64,000 bases of DNA from Mobula hypostoma. Taxonomy: Eukaryota. Below the pieces are notes generated by a model. The model worked only from the letters and a program-made list of their open reading frames with translations, was not told the origin of the DNA and made no database searches. The position numbers were made by a program, and so were the translations under genes. How positions within the stretch are numbered: position 1 is the stretch's first letter; every line of letters starts with the position of its first letter. The DNA is taken from positions 94,986,001-95,050,000 of the forward strand of contig NC_086108.1 in NCBI RefSeq assembly GCF_963921235.1. The letters are read 5' to 3'. This document shows positions 1 through 13,232 of the stretch, in pieces.

Positions 1-3000
1 GGGGGACCAATATCCTGGCAGGGAGATTAGCAGGGGCTACTGAGTGACTTTAAACTAGAATGGTTGGGGGGTGGGAATCAAATTAAAGAGGCTAGGCGTG
101 AGGAGGTTTGTTCACAACAGAGGGATGGGAACCAGTGCAGAGAGACAGAGGGGTGTAAAGTGAGGGTAGAAACAAAAAGTACAAAGGAGAAAAGTAAAAG
201 TGGCAGGCCGACAAATCCAGGGCAAGCATTAAAAAGGGCCACTTTTCAACATAATTGTATAAGGGCTAAGAGAGTTGTAAAAGAGCGCCTGAAGGCTTTA
301 TGTGTCAATGCAAGGAGCGTTCGTAATAAGGTGGATGAATTGAAAGTGCAGATTGTTATTAATGATTATGATATAGTTGGGATCACAGAGACATGGCTCC
401 AGGGTGACCAGGGATGGGAGCTCAACGTTCAGGGATATTCAATATTCAGGAGGGACAGACATGAAGGAAGGGGAGGTGGGGTGGCGTTGCTGGTTAAAGA
501 AGAGATTAACGCAATAGAAAGGAAGGACATAAGCCGGGAAGATGTGGAATCGATATGGGTAGAGCTGCGTAACACTAAGGGGCAGAAGACGCTGGTGGGA
601 GTTGTGTACAGGCCACCTAACAGTAGTAGTGAGGTCGGAGATGGTATTAAACAGGAAATTAGAAATGTGTGCAATAAAGCAACAGCAGTTATAATGGGTG
701 ACTTCAATCTACATGTAGATTGGGTGAACCAAATTGGTAAAGGTGCTGAGTAAGAGGATTTCTTGGAATGTATGCGGGATGGTTTTTTGAACCAACATGT
801 CGAGGAACCAACTAGAGAGCAGGCTATTCTGGACTGGGTTTTGAGCAATGAGGAAGGGTTAATTAGCGATCTTGTCGTGAGAGGCCCTTTGGGTAAGAGT
901 GACCATAATATGGTGGAATTCTTCATTAAGATGGAGAGTGACATAGTTAATTCAGAAACAAAGGTTCTGAACTTAAAGAGGGGTAACTTTGAAGGTATGA
1001 GACATGAATTAGCTAAGATAAACTGGCAAATGACACTTAAAGGATTGACGGTGGATATGCAATGGCAAGCATTTAAAGGTTGCATGGATGAGCTACAACA
1101 ATTGTTCATCCCAGTTTGGCAAAAGAATAAATCAAGGAAGGTAGTGCACCCGTGGCTGACAAGAGAAATTAGGGATAGTATCAATTCCAAAGAAGAAGCA
1201 TACAAATTAGCCAGAGAAAGTGGCTCACCTGAGGACTGGGAGAAATTCAGAGTTCAGCAGAGGAGGACAAAGGGCTTAATTAGGAAGGGGAAAAAAGATT
1301 ATGAGAGAAAATTGGCAGGGAACATAAAAATGGACTGTAAAAGCTTTTATAGATATGTAAAACGGAAAAGACTGGTAAAGACAAATGTAGGTCCCCTGCA
1401 GACAGAAACAGGTGAATTGATTATGGGGAGCAAGGACATGGCAGACCAATTGAGTAATTACTTTGGTTCTGTCTTCACTAAGGAGGACATAAATAATCTT
1501 CCAGAAATAGTAGGGGACAGAGTGTCCAGTGAGATGGAGGAACTGAGCGAAATACATGTTAGTTGGGAAGTGGTGTTAGGTAAATTGAAGGGATTGAAGG
1601 CAGATAAATCCCCAGGGCCAGATGGTCTGCATCCTAGAGTGCTTAAGGAAGTAGCCCAAGAAATAGTGGATGCATTAGTGATAATTTTTTCAAAACTCGT
1701 TAGATTCTGGACTCGTTCCTGAGGATTGGAGGGTGGCTAATGTAACTCCACTTTTTAAAAAAGGAGGGAGAGAGAAACCGGAGAATTATAGACCGGTTAG
1801 CCTAACGTCGGTGGTGGGGAAACTGCTGGAGTCAGTGATCAAGGATGTGATAACAGCACATTTGGAAAGCGGTGAAATGATCGGACAAAGTTAGCATGGA
1901 TTTGTGAAAGGAAAATCATGTCTGACGAATCTCATAGAATTTTTTGAGGATGTAACCAGTAGAGTGGATAGGGGAGAACCAGTGGATGTGGTATATTTGG
2001 ATTTTCAAAAGGCTTTTGACAAGGTCCCACACAGCAGATTAGTGTGCAAACTTAAAGCACACGGTATTGGGGGTAAGGTATTGGTGTGGGTGGAGAATTG
2101 GTTAGCAGACAGGAAGCAAAGAGTGGGAATAAATGGGACCTTTTCAGAATGGCAGGCGGTGACTAGTGGGGTACCGCAAGGCTCAGTGCTGGGACCCCAG
2201 TTGTTTACAATATATATTAATGACTTGGATGAGGGAATTAAATGCAGCATCTCCAAGTTTGCGGATGACACGAAGCTGGGTGTTAACTGTGAGGAGGATG
2301 CAGGGTGACTTGGATAGTTTGGGTGAGTGGGCAAATTCATGGCAGATGCAATTTAATGTGGATAAATGTGAAGTTATCCACTTTGGTGGCAAAAATAGGA
2401 AAACAGATTATTATCTGAATGGTGGCCAATTAGGAAAAGGGGAGGTGCAACGAGACCTGGGTGTCATTATACACCAGTCATTGAAAGTGGGCATGCAGGT
2501 ACAGCAGGCGGTGAAAAAGGCGAATGGTATGCTGGCATTTATAGCGAGAGGATTCGAGTACAGGAGCAGGGAGGTACTACTGCAGTTGTACAAGGCCTTG
2601 GTGAGACCACACCTGGAGTATTGTGTGCAGTTTTGGTCCCCTAATCTGAGGAAAGACATCTTTGCCATAGAGGGAGTACAAAGAAGGTTCACCAGATTGA
2701 TTCCTGGGATGGCAGGACTTTCATATGAAGAAAGACTGGATGAACTGGGCTTGTACTCGTTGGAATTTAGAAGATTGAGGGGGGATCTGATTGAAACGTA
2801 TAAGATCGTAAAGGGATTGGACAGGCTAGATGCAGGAAGATTGTTCCCGATGTTGGGGAAGTCCAGAACGAGGGGCCACAGTTTGAGGATAGAGGGGAAG
2901 CCTTTTAAGACCGAGATTAGGAATAACTTCTTCACACAGAGAGTGGTGAATCTGTGGAATTCTCTGCCACAGGAGACAGTTGAGGCCAGTTCATTGGCTA

Positions 3001-3170
3001 TATTTAAGAGGGAGTTAGATATGGCCCTTGTGGCTACGGGGGTCAGGGGGTATGGAGGGAAGGCTGGAGCGGGGTTCTGAGTTGGATGATCAGCCATGAT
3101 CATAATAAATGGCGGTGCAGGCTCAAAGGGCCGAATGGCCTACTCCTGCACCTATTTTCTCTGTTTCTAT
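1..3170 (+). mobile_element. CR1-clade LINE, near full ORF2 (APE + RT), disrupted by stops and frameshifts
   Basis: APE motifs (VNARS, GITETW, VYRPP, MGDFN, SDH), RT motifs ([24 protein letters not shown]); TAA at 751; 3' tail ttttctctgtttctat. Confidence 0.95.
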
Positions 3171-3352
3171 ATACCATAACACAATCCAAAAGACCAGTAC
3201 TGCTTCAGAAAATGAAAACTTATGGGTTGCACATTGGAGACGAATGCAAAGAAACTGAGTCTGCATTACTACTACAAAAAAAGAGGGCAATGAAGTGAGA
3301 AATGTATGCACATACTAAGTCTAGTACTAAAACTAACTTATTTTAATAGTAT

Positions 3353-3893
3353 TATACATAAAATTACTACAGTACTGTGCAAAAGTCTGAGGCACATGTA
3401 TATAGCTAGGGTGCTTAAGACTTTTGCACAGTACTGTAGTAATGTTATGTATTGTACTGCTGCAAAAAAAAACAAATTTCATGACATGTCGGTGATAATA
3501 AAACTGATTCTGATATGGGTCTCTAATTTGGGCTGAGAGTGGAAGAGGGCAGAGAGGGGAATAGTAGTTGGGGAAAAAGGAAGAGGGGAGGAAGTGGAAA
3601 ACACTGAAGAGACATTCTGTATTGATCGATAAACCAATTGCTTGGTGTCTCAGGGCTGGGTGTGTCTCTACCCTAGCCACACTCTGGCACTTCTCTGCCA
3701 CCTGTCCCATACTCCTCCTGTGATGCTCCACCCTTGCCATTCCCAACATCCTTTACTCCCATCAGATTTACAAACACACTCCCTGCTCCATGTTGGAAAA
3801 TACAGCACTGTGGAAAAGTCTTGGGCATCCTAACTTTGTGTGTGTGTATATATATATTATGTATAATATAATTTAAGACCTTTGCACAGTACT
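3353..3893. mobile_element. Composite Tc1/mariner-type MITE: two hairpin units (3370-3436, 3803-3893) flanking a LINE 3' tail fragment
   Basis: TA-flanked TIRs cagtactgtgcaaaagtct / agacttttgcacagtactg; internal ...aataaaactgattctgat tail. Confidence 0.65.
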
Positions 3894-4745
3894 TACTTTT
3901 AAAACTTACAACAAGAACATGAGGAAGTAGTAACAGGAGTAGGGTATTTGGCTCTTCCAGCCTGATCTGCCTTCCTGTTGATCATAGTTTCTCTTCTGTG
4001 CCAGTCCCCTATAAGCCCACAATTCTCTGATCTTTCAAAACTTATTTGCTTCCTCTTTAAGTATTACCAATAATGTAACCTCCTCAGCACACTGAGATTG
4101 AGAATGCCATAGATTGGCCATTCTTCTTTTTAAGTAATTCTTGCTTGCACCACCCCCAACCTCCCACCCCACCCATCCCTTCAATTCTGTAACTATATCC
4201 TCTTGTTCAAGATTCTCCAAGTAGCATAACATCGCAATACCTATTCTATCATGTCTTGCCTGTTTCAATAAAATACTTTGTTACTTTAAATTCTAGAGAA
4301 TATAGACATAAACATACAACATAACATATCTGTGAGGTAAATAAACTATAACAAATTGGTCATGTTATTTATTTCTTTTTCTTTGCCTGAAAATGGCTTC
4401 TCAGTTTGTTTTTTTTTAACTTCACCAGATGATTAGTCAGTGCAAAGGTTTGTCCAACAAACACATTTCCTCTAAACCCTGTGTGTTCGTGTTAAAGGAA
4501 ATCATAAATACAGCATTATCTGAAAACTGGCTTCAGCTGCTGCTGGTAACATGACAGACATTTGAGCCCAGGACTCAAAACAGACACTATAGCAAAGACA
4601 GCTACCTACCATTGCAGCTCTATTGGGATGAACAAATTAGACAGTATAGATATTCAGGGCTCTGATAATATGACTTAAAATACTGACACACTCCAAGATG
4701 AAAACCCTTTCCTTCTTGGTCACTAATGGAATGAGCAATTATACT

Positions 4746-5010
4746 CACAAACACGAGGAATTCTGTAGATGCTGGAAATTCAAGCAACACACATCAAAGT
4801 TGCTGGTGAACGCAGCAGGCCAGGCAGCATCTCTAGGAAGAGGTACAGTCGACGTTTCTAGCCGAGACCCTTCGTCAGGACTAACTGATGGAAGAGCTAG
4901 TAAGAGTTAGTCAGTTAGTCCTGACGAAGAGTCTCGGCCCGAAACGTCGACTGTACCTCTTCCTAGAGATGCTGCCTGGCCTGCTGCGTTCACCAGCAAC
5001 TTTGATGTGT
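4746..5010. mobile_element. Mini Penelope-like insertion: two inverted 3'-end (pLTR) fragments
   Basis: Arms 4788-4888 and 4911-5011 are reverse complements and match the 3' end of the PLEs at 49.4 and 61.2 kb; TSD tgagcaattatact at 4732-4745 and 5010-5023. Confidence 0.9.
4917..4952 (+). ncRNA. Minimal hammerhead motif (core intact, one helix II mismatch); mirror copy at 4847-4882 on the minus strand
   Basis: agtc-CTGACGA-a-GAGT(ctcg)GCCC-GAAAC-GTC-gact. Confidence 0.7.
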
Positions 5011-7064
5011 GAGCAATTATACTTCTGGATTATTCATAATAATCCTCATTTTTCTGGATAATAAACTAGTGTTATAATCTCCTGTGTTTCAACAACCATT
5101 TAAGAATAAAGTAATGCAAGTCTATTACACAGTGTTCAAAGTACATGTATATCATCATATACAGTGCCTGGGAAAAAAAGTATTCAGCTCCTCCCCCCGC
5201 CCCCCAAAGTTTTCATGTTTTATTGTTTTACAACATTGAATCCCAATGGATTTAATTTGGCTTTTTGACACCGATAAACAGAAAAAGATTCTTTCATGTC
5301 AAACTGAAAACAGATCTCTACAAAGTGATCTAAATTAATTACAAATATAAAAGACAAAATAATTGATTGCTTAAGTATTCACTGCCTTCAAGTCAGTATT
5401 TAGTAGATGCACCTTTGGTAGCAATTACAGCCTTGAATCTGTGTGGATGGTTCTCTATCAGCTTTGCACATCTGGAAGCTACAATTTTCCCCCATTTTTC
5501 TTTATAAAACTGCTCAAGCTCTGTCAGACTGCATGGAGATTGTGAGTGAACAGTCCTTTTCCAGTCCAGCCATAAATTCTCAGTTGAATTAAGGTCTGGA
5601 TTCTAACTTGGCCTCTCCTGGACTTTAACTTCGTTTTTTAAGCCGTTCCTGTATATATAGCTTTGCCTTTACGGTTGGGGTCATTTTCTTGCTGGAAAAC
5701 AAATCTTCTCTCAAGTCGCAGTTCTCTTGTAGACTGCATCAGGTTTTTCTCCAGGATTTCCCTGTATTTTGCTGCATTCATTTTACCCTCTTTCTTCACA
5801 AGCCTTCCAGGGCCTGCTGCAGTGAAACATGCCCAGAGCATAATGTTTTCACCTCTATAATTAACGGTAGGGATAGTGTGGTTTTGATGTGCGATGTTTA
5901 GTGTGGCCAATAAGTTCAATTTTGGTTTCATCAGACCATGGAACCTTCATCCAGCTGACTTCAGAGTCTCCCACATGCCTTCTGGCAAAATCTAGCCGAG
6001 ATTTCATGTGAGTTTTTTTCAACAGTGGCTTTTTCTTTGCCACTCTGCAACTAGTGAAGCACCCAGGCAACAGTTGTATGCACAGTTGTATTCTCTCCCA
6101 TCTCAGCCATTGAAGCTCATAACTCCTCCAGAGTTGTCATAGGTCTCTTGGTGGCCTCCCTCACTAGTTGCCTTCTTGCACACTCATTTTTTGTGAACTG
6201 CCTTTTCTAGGCAGATTTACAGCTGTGCCATATCCTTTCCATTTCTTGATGATTGACTTAACTGTACTCCAAGGGATATTTGGTGACTTGGAAATTTTCT
6301 TGTGTCAATCTTTTGACTTGTGCTTTTCAATAACCTCTCAGTGGAGTTGCTTGGAATGTTCTTTTGTCTTCATGGTGTAGTTTTGGCCAAGATACTGACT
6401 CACAAGCAGTTGGACCTTCCAGATACAGGTGTATTTTTACTACAATCAATTGAAACACCGTGACTGCATACAATTCTCCAACAAGGCGGGAGGAGAAGAT
6501 GGCGGCGCGCCTGCGTGTGCGCAGCCCTCCGGTGAAAAATGATATCGTATCTCTTAAATAGGGGCCGTGGACAATTCTGATTTGATGGAGAATGGACGTG
6601 AAAGCACAGAGGAACATCTGGAGAAATTTCTGAAACGCCCGTTTGCTGCTGTCATTACTGTGTGGTCGGAATCTTTCGGAGGGTAGGCCTCAAAATCCCC
6701 GGCCTTGCCTGCTTTTGGCGACTGAGAAGGGGGTCGAATCGTTCGGACAGAGATGACACTCAGTACTCTGTGTCGGAGAGCTGATCAGAGCTTGAAGTTT
6801 TCGGATGACTCAGGGTCAGATTGTGGTCGGCATGGCAGGAAGAGTTTTTCTTCCTTCTCCCGTCTGCGTGAGATCTGAGACATTTGAGAGACTTCGAACT
6901 TTACTGTGCTCATTGACTTCTTCATCAAGTTATGGTATTGTTACACTGTTGTAACTATATGTTATAATGATGTGGTTTTGTCAGTTTTTCAGTCTTGGTT
7001 TGTCCTGTGTTTTGTGATATCATACCGGAGAAAATAATGTATCATTTCTTAATGCATGCATTAC

Positions 7065-7705
7065 CAGATATCCCACCTGTCCCGGAAGTTCCGGGAGTCT
7101 CCCACATATTAATAGTGGTTCCCTGATGCCCGCAAATTATATACAATGTCACGGAAATCAATTTTTTTGAGAGTGAGCGTGAGAGAGAAAGCGCGAGAGC
7201 GACCACGAGAGAGAGTGAGAGCAAGCAAGCGAGAGAGAGAGCCCGAGAGTGAGCGAGCGAGAAAGCAAGCGAGAGTGAGCGAGAAAGCAAGCGAGAGTGA
7301 GCGAGCGAGAAAGCAAGCGAGAGCGACCACGAGAGAGAGAGTGAGCGAGCGAGAGCGCGCCATTGGAGAGTGTTCCAAAAAAAGAAAATATAAATCATAT
7401 GTCACCCCAGACTACCCTAAAGTGTACCCCTGCCTAATAGGAGTCAAAAATAATGACAGTGTTGCTTGCTGCACTGTTTGCAACAGTGACTTTTCCATTG
7501 CCCATGATGGGTTAAGACTGTAAAAGACATGTTGAGGTGAGTTTAACAGGTGTCATTCGTTCATTAGCATAGCTAACGTTATTTAAACTAGCTGGCTAGC
7601 TGCTAAGGAGCTACTCTATTGCAGACATCCCACCTCTCCTGGAAGTCTCCCGCAAATTGATGGTGCTACCTCCCTGAAATGAGTTTTTGCAGGGTGGGAT
7701 GTCTG
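7065..7705 (+). mobile_element. hAT-like non-autonomous DNA transposon with 6-bp TSD and zinc-finger remnant
   Basis: TIRs cagatatcccacc / ggtgggatgtctg; TSD cattac at 7059-7064 and 7706-7711; peptide CCTVCNSDFSIAHDG..KRHVE; superfamily assignment is inference. Confidence 0.7.
7169..7360 (+). repeat. GA/GC-rich low-complexity tract (GAGC/GAGA/GCAA units)
   Basis: Directly visible; source of spurious R/E/A-rich and S/L-rich ORFs. Confidence 0.9.
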
Positions 7706-8019
7706 CATTACTAAATGACCATAAAAGAGGACTACGTGTCTTCATAATCACAGCACATTTAACTAATTATGTGACTTCTAAAACCATTTGGCTACACCAG
7801 TGATGATTTGCTGCGTCATATTAAAGTGGGGGGGCGCGAATACTTGTGCAATCAATCATTTTCTGTTGTATATTTGTGATTAATTTTGAGCACTTTGTAG
7901 AAAGTATTTCCTGATTAAATGAATGAGAGTCACTACAAATTGTGTAGACATTTAAATAGATTAAATTTTTTACATTAGAATACTTTCCATGTAACAGTGT
8001 TTCTTAATTATTTTTCTAG

Positions 8020-8163
<144 letters not shown>

Positions 8164-8529
8164 TAAAGTATACATAATATATTTCTAATACTTTTTGAGT
8201 TCTAAGATGTTTATGCATTGTTACCGATTCAGGAAATTGTAAACATCAGCTTAATGGCAAAATGGCTTCATTTCTGTTGCATCTTGTGAGTCTACTAGTA
8301 GAATCAGAATTAGCTTTATTACCACTGATGTGCAATTTGTTGTTTAGCAGCAATAGTACAGTGCTAGACATAAAAATTACTAAGTTACCGAAATCGAGGA
8401 ATAACAAAGTAGTGTTCATGGAGTCATGGACCATTCAGAAATCTGATAGCAGATGGGAGAAGCTTTTTGTAAGCAGGGATTGTGGGTCTTCAGGCGCCTG
8501 TACCACCTCTTCAATCAACATTTTAGGCA

Positions 8530-8610
8530 CCACACATCAAAGTTGCTGGTGAACGCAGCAGGCCAGGCAGCATCTCTAGGAAGAGGTACAGTTGACGTTT
8601 CAGGCCGAGA
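8530..8610 (-). mobile_element. Short Penelope-like 3'-end fragment
   Basis: cacacatcaaagttgctggtgaacgcagcaggccaggcagcatc...tttcaggccgaga, matching the pLTR at 4788 and 49454. Confidence 0.85.
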
Positions 8611-9624
8611 TGGGGACAACTGTTGTGTGGTGACCTAGTGCTTATGCTGTCATTTAAGAGAGAGAGAGGAATTAGTGTGCATTATTTATATCTGATCAGC
8701 CTTGTGGAATGTAAACAGAGGAAAAGAATGGGAGCATTACTGTGGGGGAAAAAAAAACTTGCTGGAAATATGATTGGAACACAGCCACTACTGGAAACCT
8801 GAAATAAAATTTGAAAGCTGGAAGTGCTTAGCAGATCAAGTACTGTAGCACTTGTGGAGAAAATAATAAAATGAGTTACTATTAAAGGAATACGAGTTTT
8901 TGGCCAACCTGACACAAACAAAGGCTGGTAATGACCCCTTTTGCTCTATCTCTCTGTGACTTAAAACACACTTGTTTTCTCGTGTTTTCCCTTCTGTTGG
9001 AGGGTAATTGACTTGAAACATTTATGCTATTGCACATACTCACTGACCTGCTGAGTATCTCTAATATTTTGCATTTCTATTTCAGATACTTGTTTTGTTT
9101 TTTTTTTCTTGAGTAAATGTCCTTTTGGTCTAATTTCATGACTTTTCACCAGTTTTCTCAACTCAAATCTTCTATGTTCATTTGATCGTATCCTTTGGCT
9201 GCTAGCAAATCTTTTCTCTCTATTCCAATTTCTGACAATAAATGGGAGCAGGCTATTCGTTCAGAAATGGTGTTACGGCACTGCGCAATTCTATTTGCTT
9301 CTCCGTGCTCAGTCCAGTTATAATATCCCTGTTACCACTATGCCCTAATCAACTACCTCAGTACTGACCAGCAAATGTTTTGGCATCTCCTCAGCTTTCA
9401 TTAGGTTGGTGAAGATTAGTACAGTTCTTGGGTTCACCAGCAAGTACAAACGTTGTAGAAGGTTTAATTGCCTTATCAGTACTCTCAGATGCACATTGGT
9501 AGTCTCTGGTTTTTCCATGTACTCATGACAGCTCTGCCTGCAATACCATAAATCCAACAAACACTGTAGTCTGGGAGTTAAATACCCCACGGCAACTAGA
9601 TCCTTGACTTCATGACCAATAGAC

Positions 9625-10189
9625 TGCAATCATCAAGGATGAGCAGCAACACCTTCATACAATTATTCGAAACACTGGTGTTCCACAAAGTTTCATCCTC
9701 GCTCCCCGATCTACTCCCTCTTTCTAACGCCATCATTTTGGAGATGATACAACTATAGTGGTCTATATCTCTAATAGCAGTGAGTTGGAGTACAGGAAGG
9801 AAATGGAGAGCTTAGTAGCACAGTGTCATGACAACAACCTTCCCTCAATGTCAGCAAAACAAAAGTGCAGATTATTGACTTTGGTGGGGGGTTGCTGCAT
9901 GTTGCTCAATGTTATGTTGCACAAGATTTACAGCATCTACAAAATCCCTTGTGTGTCTGATTTAAAGCATCCTATCTGGGTGCATCATAGCTTGATATGC
10001 AACTGTTCTGCATGTCACTGCAAGAAACTGCACAATTGTAAACACCCATCCACTACATACTTGTTGAATTATATTTTATTAACTTGTGGTAACGTATTGT
10101 TTTGTGTACTCTCTGTTATGTGGGTGCACTGTGGTCTGGAGGAACATTATTTAGTTCGGTTTTGTATATATATATATATATACACACAC

Positions 10190-10223
<34 letters not shown>

Positions 10224-10630
10224 CAGATGACAATGAACTTGAACTTCATGGTAGTACTTGCCCCAGGTCAGATCCTCTGATGTGATAACACCAGAGAATT
10301 TAAAGTTACCAACCCTCCCAACTCTGATCTCTTAATGAAGACTGGCTCGTGGACCTACAGTTTCTTCTTCCTGTAGTGAATAATCAGCCCTTTGCTTTTG
10401 CTGATATTGAGTGTGAGGTTGCCGTAGTGATACCCATTCAATCAGATCTTCAGTCTGCCTCTGATATGCCAATTTGTCACCACCTATGATTCAACCAGTA
10501 ACAGTGGTGGTGTCAGCAGACTGAAATACAGCATTGAAGCTATACTTGGCCTTGCAGCCATAAGTATAAAGTGAGCTGAGTAGGCTAAGCATCTCTTTCA
10601 ACAATGTATTTGTTTGACACCTTGCTTCAT
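9625..10630. mobile_element. Old Rex1-like LINE remnants in both orientations, including a (TA)n(CA)n microsatellite at ~10164-10220
   Basis: Degenerate RT fragments (GDDTTIVVYISNSSELEYRKEMESLVAQCHDNNL); similarity to 12134-13232. Confidence 0.6.
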
Positions 10631-11254
10631 TTAACCCTATCTGCAAAGCTTTTCATTTGTTTTATAACAATTGCTAAACTGTTCTCAACTATTCTGTGTG
10701 GTAACAAGTACCGCAATTAAATCACTCGAGGCTGTCTGTGACTTCCTAATTGGAGTACAAATGTCTCTGCCTTTTTATTTGCAAGCTAAAAGCCTAAACT
10801 ATGAACTTCTTCTGCACTCTACATACATTTTGAAGGATGTGTGCTTTCTATTTACCCAAGCCCATTTGTTAGTCAGTACAGAGGTTGAACTTGTCCAAAA
10901 AATGCTTGGTGAAGACTGCTGCTTATAACAAGGGAAATATTCCCATGACAGTATAACTAGTCCACTAACATCCTTCAGGGAAGAAAACTTGCCCTACTGA
11001 GCTTAAGTCAATGTAAGTCCAGGCTCACTGAATTTGGTTGACACCTAATTGCCTCAGCTCAGTGACAGTAAGCACCAGTGTTGCCTACATTCCATGAATG
11101 ATAAAGTGAAGTGCTACCTTTGTTAAAACAAATATACAGTATGTTTTTTTTTGGGGTTGATAAAAGGCTTGAAAGAAGAGTTGAAAGAGACTGTACCACA
11201 GTACCATCTGGTGGCCATTCATGTTGTCTGCAAGCTACAAGCTCATTTTAACTG

Positions 11255-11790
11255 AAGACCTAGAATTAGGCCATTTGGCCCATCAAGTCTGTTCTGCGAT
11301 TTAATCATGGCTGATCCTTTTCTCCCCTCCTTAGCCACAACCCCCCACCCCCCCGGCCTTCTCCCCGTAACCTTTGATGCCGTGTCCAGTCAAGAACCTA
11401 TCAATCTCTGCCTTAAATACACCCAACGATCTGGCCACCACAGCTGCCTGTGGTAATAAATTCCACAAGTTCACCACCCTCTGGCTAAAGAAATTTCTCT
11501 GCATTTCTGTGTTAGATGGATGCCCGTCTATTCTGAGGCCGTGCCCTCTTGTCGTAGACCTCCCCCACCATGGGAAACATCCTTTCCACATCTACTCTGT
11601 TCAGGCCCTTCAACGTTCGAAAAGTTTCAATGGGATTCCCCTGCAACCGCGCCCCCGCCCCCCCGCCATCCTTCTAAATTCCAGCGAGTATAGACCTGGA
11701 GCAATCAAACGTTCCTCGTTTGATAGCCCTTTCATTCCCAGAATCATCTCCAATGCCAGCACATCTTTGCTTCAATGAGGAGCCCAAATT
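11255..11790 (-). mobile_element. CR1 3' fragment
   Basis: TRGHGLRI...RNFFSQRVVNLWNLLP...FKAEIDRFL C-terminal peptide plus CR1 3'UTR. Confidence 0.85.
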
Positions 11791-12133
11791 ACATCTATTC
11801 TATAACAGGCATACAGGAATCCTTTTCTTCCTCAGAGGAAGCAATTGTATTGAAATACCTACCTATCCTAGACAGCCTTTATGAGCTTGTGTCTTGCACT
11901 ATATATGATGCATAAATGCAAAACTGCATTAATCTTCAATCGGTTAAACACAAGGTGCTGTACTATTAGAGATTGTGCAACTTGCTGCTATGTGACTTCT
12001 TTTCTTTAAATATAGCTGTGTTTCATAAAAAATACAATCTGGATTTGAATACGTACATGTCAAAAAGATGAAAATACATTCAGCAATAGAGAGTTTATTT
12101 TACACAGAAAACTTCAAAGATTTCAATGAAATC

Positions 12134-13232
12134 CAGAATCAGATTTATTATCACCGGCATGTGACGTGAATTTGTTAACTTAGCAGCAGTTCAATGCAAT
12201 GCATAAAATAGAATAGAAAATAAATAAATAAAATAATAATAAATAAGTAAATCAATTACAGTATATGTATATTGAATAGATTAAAAATGTACAAAAAACA
12301 GAAATACTGTATATTAAAAAAGTGAGGTAGTGTCCAAAGGTTCAATGCCCATTTAGGAAACTGCTGGCAGAGGGGAAGAAGCTGTTCCTGAATTGCTGAG
12401 TGTGTGCCTTCAGGCTTCTGTACCTCTACTTAACAGTGAGAAAAGGGTATGCCGTGGGTGCTGGGGGTCCTTAATAATGAATGCTGCCTTTCTGAGACAC
12501 CGCTCCCTGCAGATATCCTGGGTACTTTGTAGGCTAGTACCGAAGATGGAGCAGACTAGATTTACAACCTTCTGCAGCTTCTTTTGGTCCTGTGCAGTAG
12601 CCCCTCCATACCAGACAGTGATGCAGCCTGTCAGAATGTTCTCCTCGGTACAACTATAGAAGTTTTTGAGTATACTTGTTGACATGCCAAATCTCTTCAA
12701 ACTCCTAATGAAGTATAGCCGCTGTCTTACCTTCTTTATAACTTCATCGATATGTCGGGACCAGGTTAGATCCTCCGAGATCTTGACACCCAGTAACTTG
12801 AAACTGCTCACTCTCTTCACTTCTGATCCCTCTATGAAGATTGATATGTGTTTCTTCATCTTACCTTTCCTTAAGTCCACACTCAGCTCTTTCATCTTAC
12901 TGACATTGAGTGCCAGGTTGTTGCTGTAGCACCACTTCATTAGTTGGCATATCTCACACCTGTACGCCCTCTCATCACCACCTGAGATTCTACCAACAAT
13001 GGTTGTAATGTCAGCAAATTTATAGATGGTATATGAGCCATGCCTAGCCACATTGTCATATGTATATAGAGAGTAGAGCAGTGGGCTGAGCTCACACCCC
13101 TGAGGTGTGCCAGTATTGATCGTCAGCGAGTAGGATATGTTATCACCAATCCACACAGATTGTGGTCTTCCAGTTAGGAAGTCAAGGATCCAATTGCAGA
13201 AGGAAGTACAGAGGTCCAGGTTCTGCAACTTG
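12134..13232 (-). mobile_element. Rex1/Babar-like LINE, 5'-truncated
   Basis: RT peptides [41 protein letters not shown]; (gattct)-type 3' tail at 12134. Confidence 0.85.

Larger units (their letters stand above)
6485..7749 (+). mobile_element. ~620 bp non-autonomous retroelement, copy 1 (split by insertion at 7065-7705)
   Basis: Head gagaagatggcggcg, tail aaatgaccataaaagaggact...cataatc; colinear with copies at 53259 and 56865. Confidence 0.8.
5162..7900 (-). mobile_element. Tc1-family DNA transposon, decayed transposase, right IR truncated, interrupted by nested elements
   Basis: ta|cagtgcc...aagtattcag TIR; peptides KKKPLLKKTHMKSRLDFARRH, WSDETKIEL, IMLWACF, FVFQQENDP; 7840-7900 mirrors 5315-5380. 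Confidence 0.88.

Noticed and set aside
429..3103. Long minus-strand ORFs (258 aa, 230 aa) and similar ORFs opposite other LINEs and PLEs
   Set aside because: Antisense shadows of CR1/Rex1/PLE coding sequence; no independent motifs
7042..7405. S/L/A-rich and R/E-rich ORFs
   Set aside because: Translations of the GA-rich low-complexity tract
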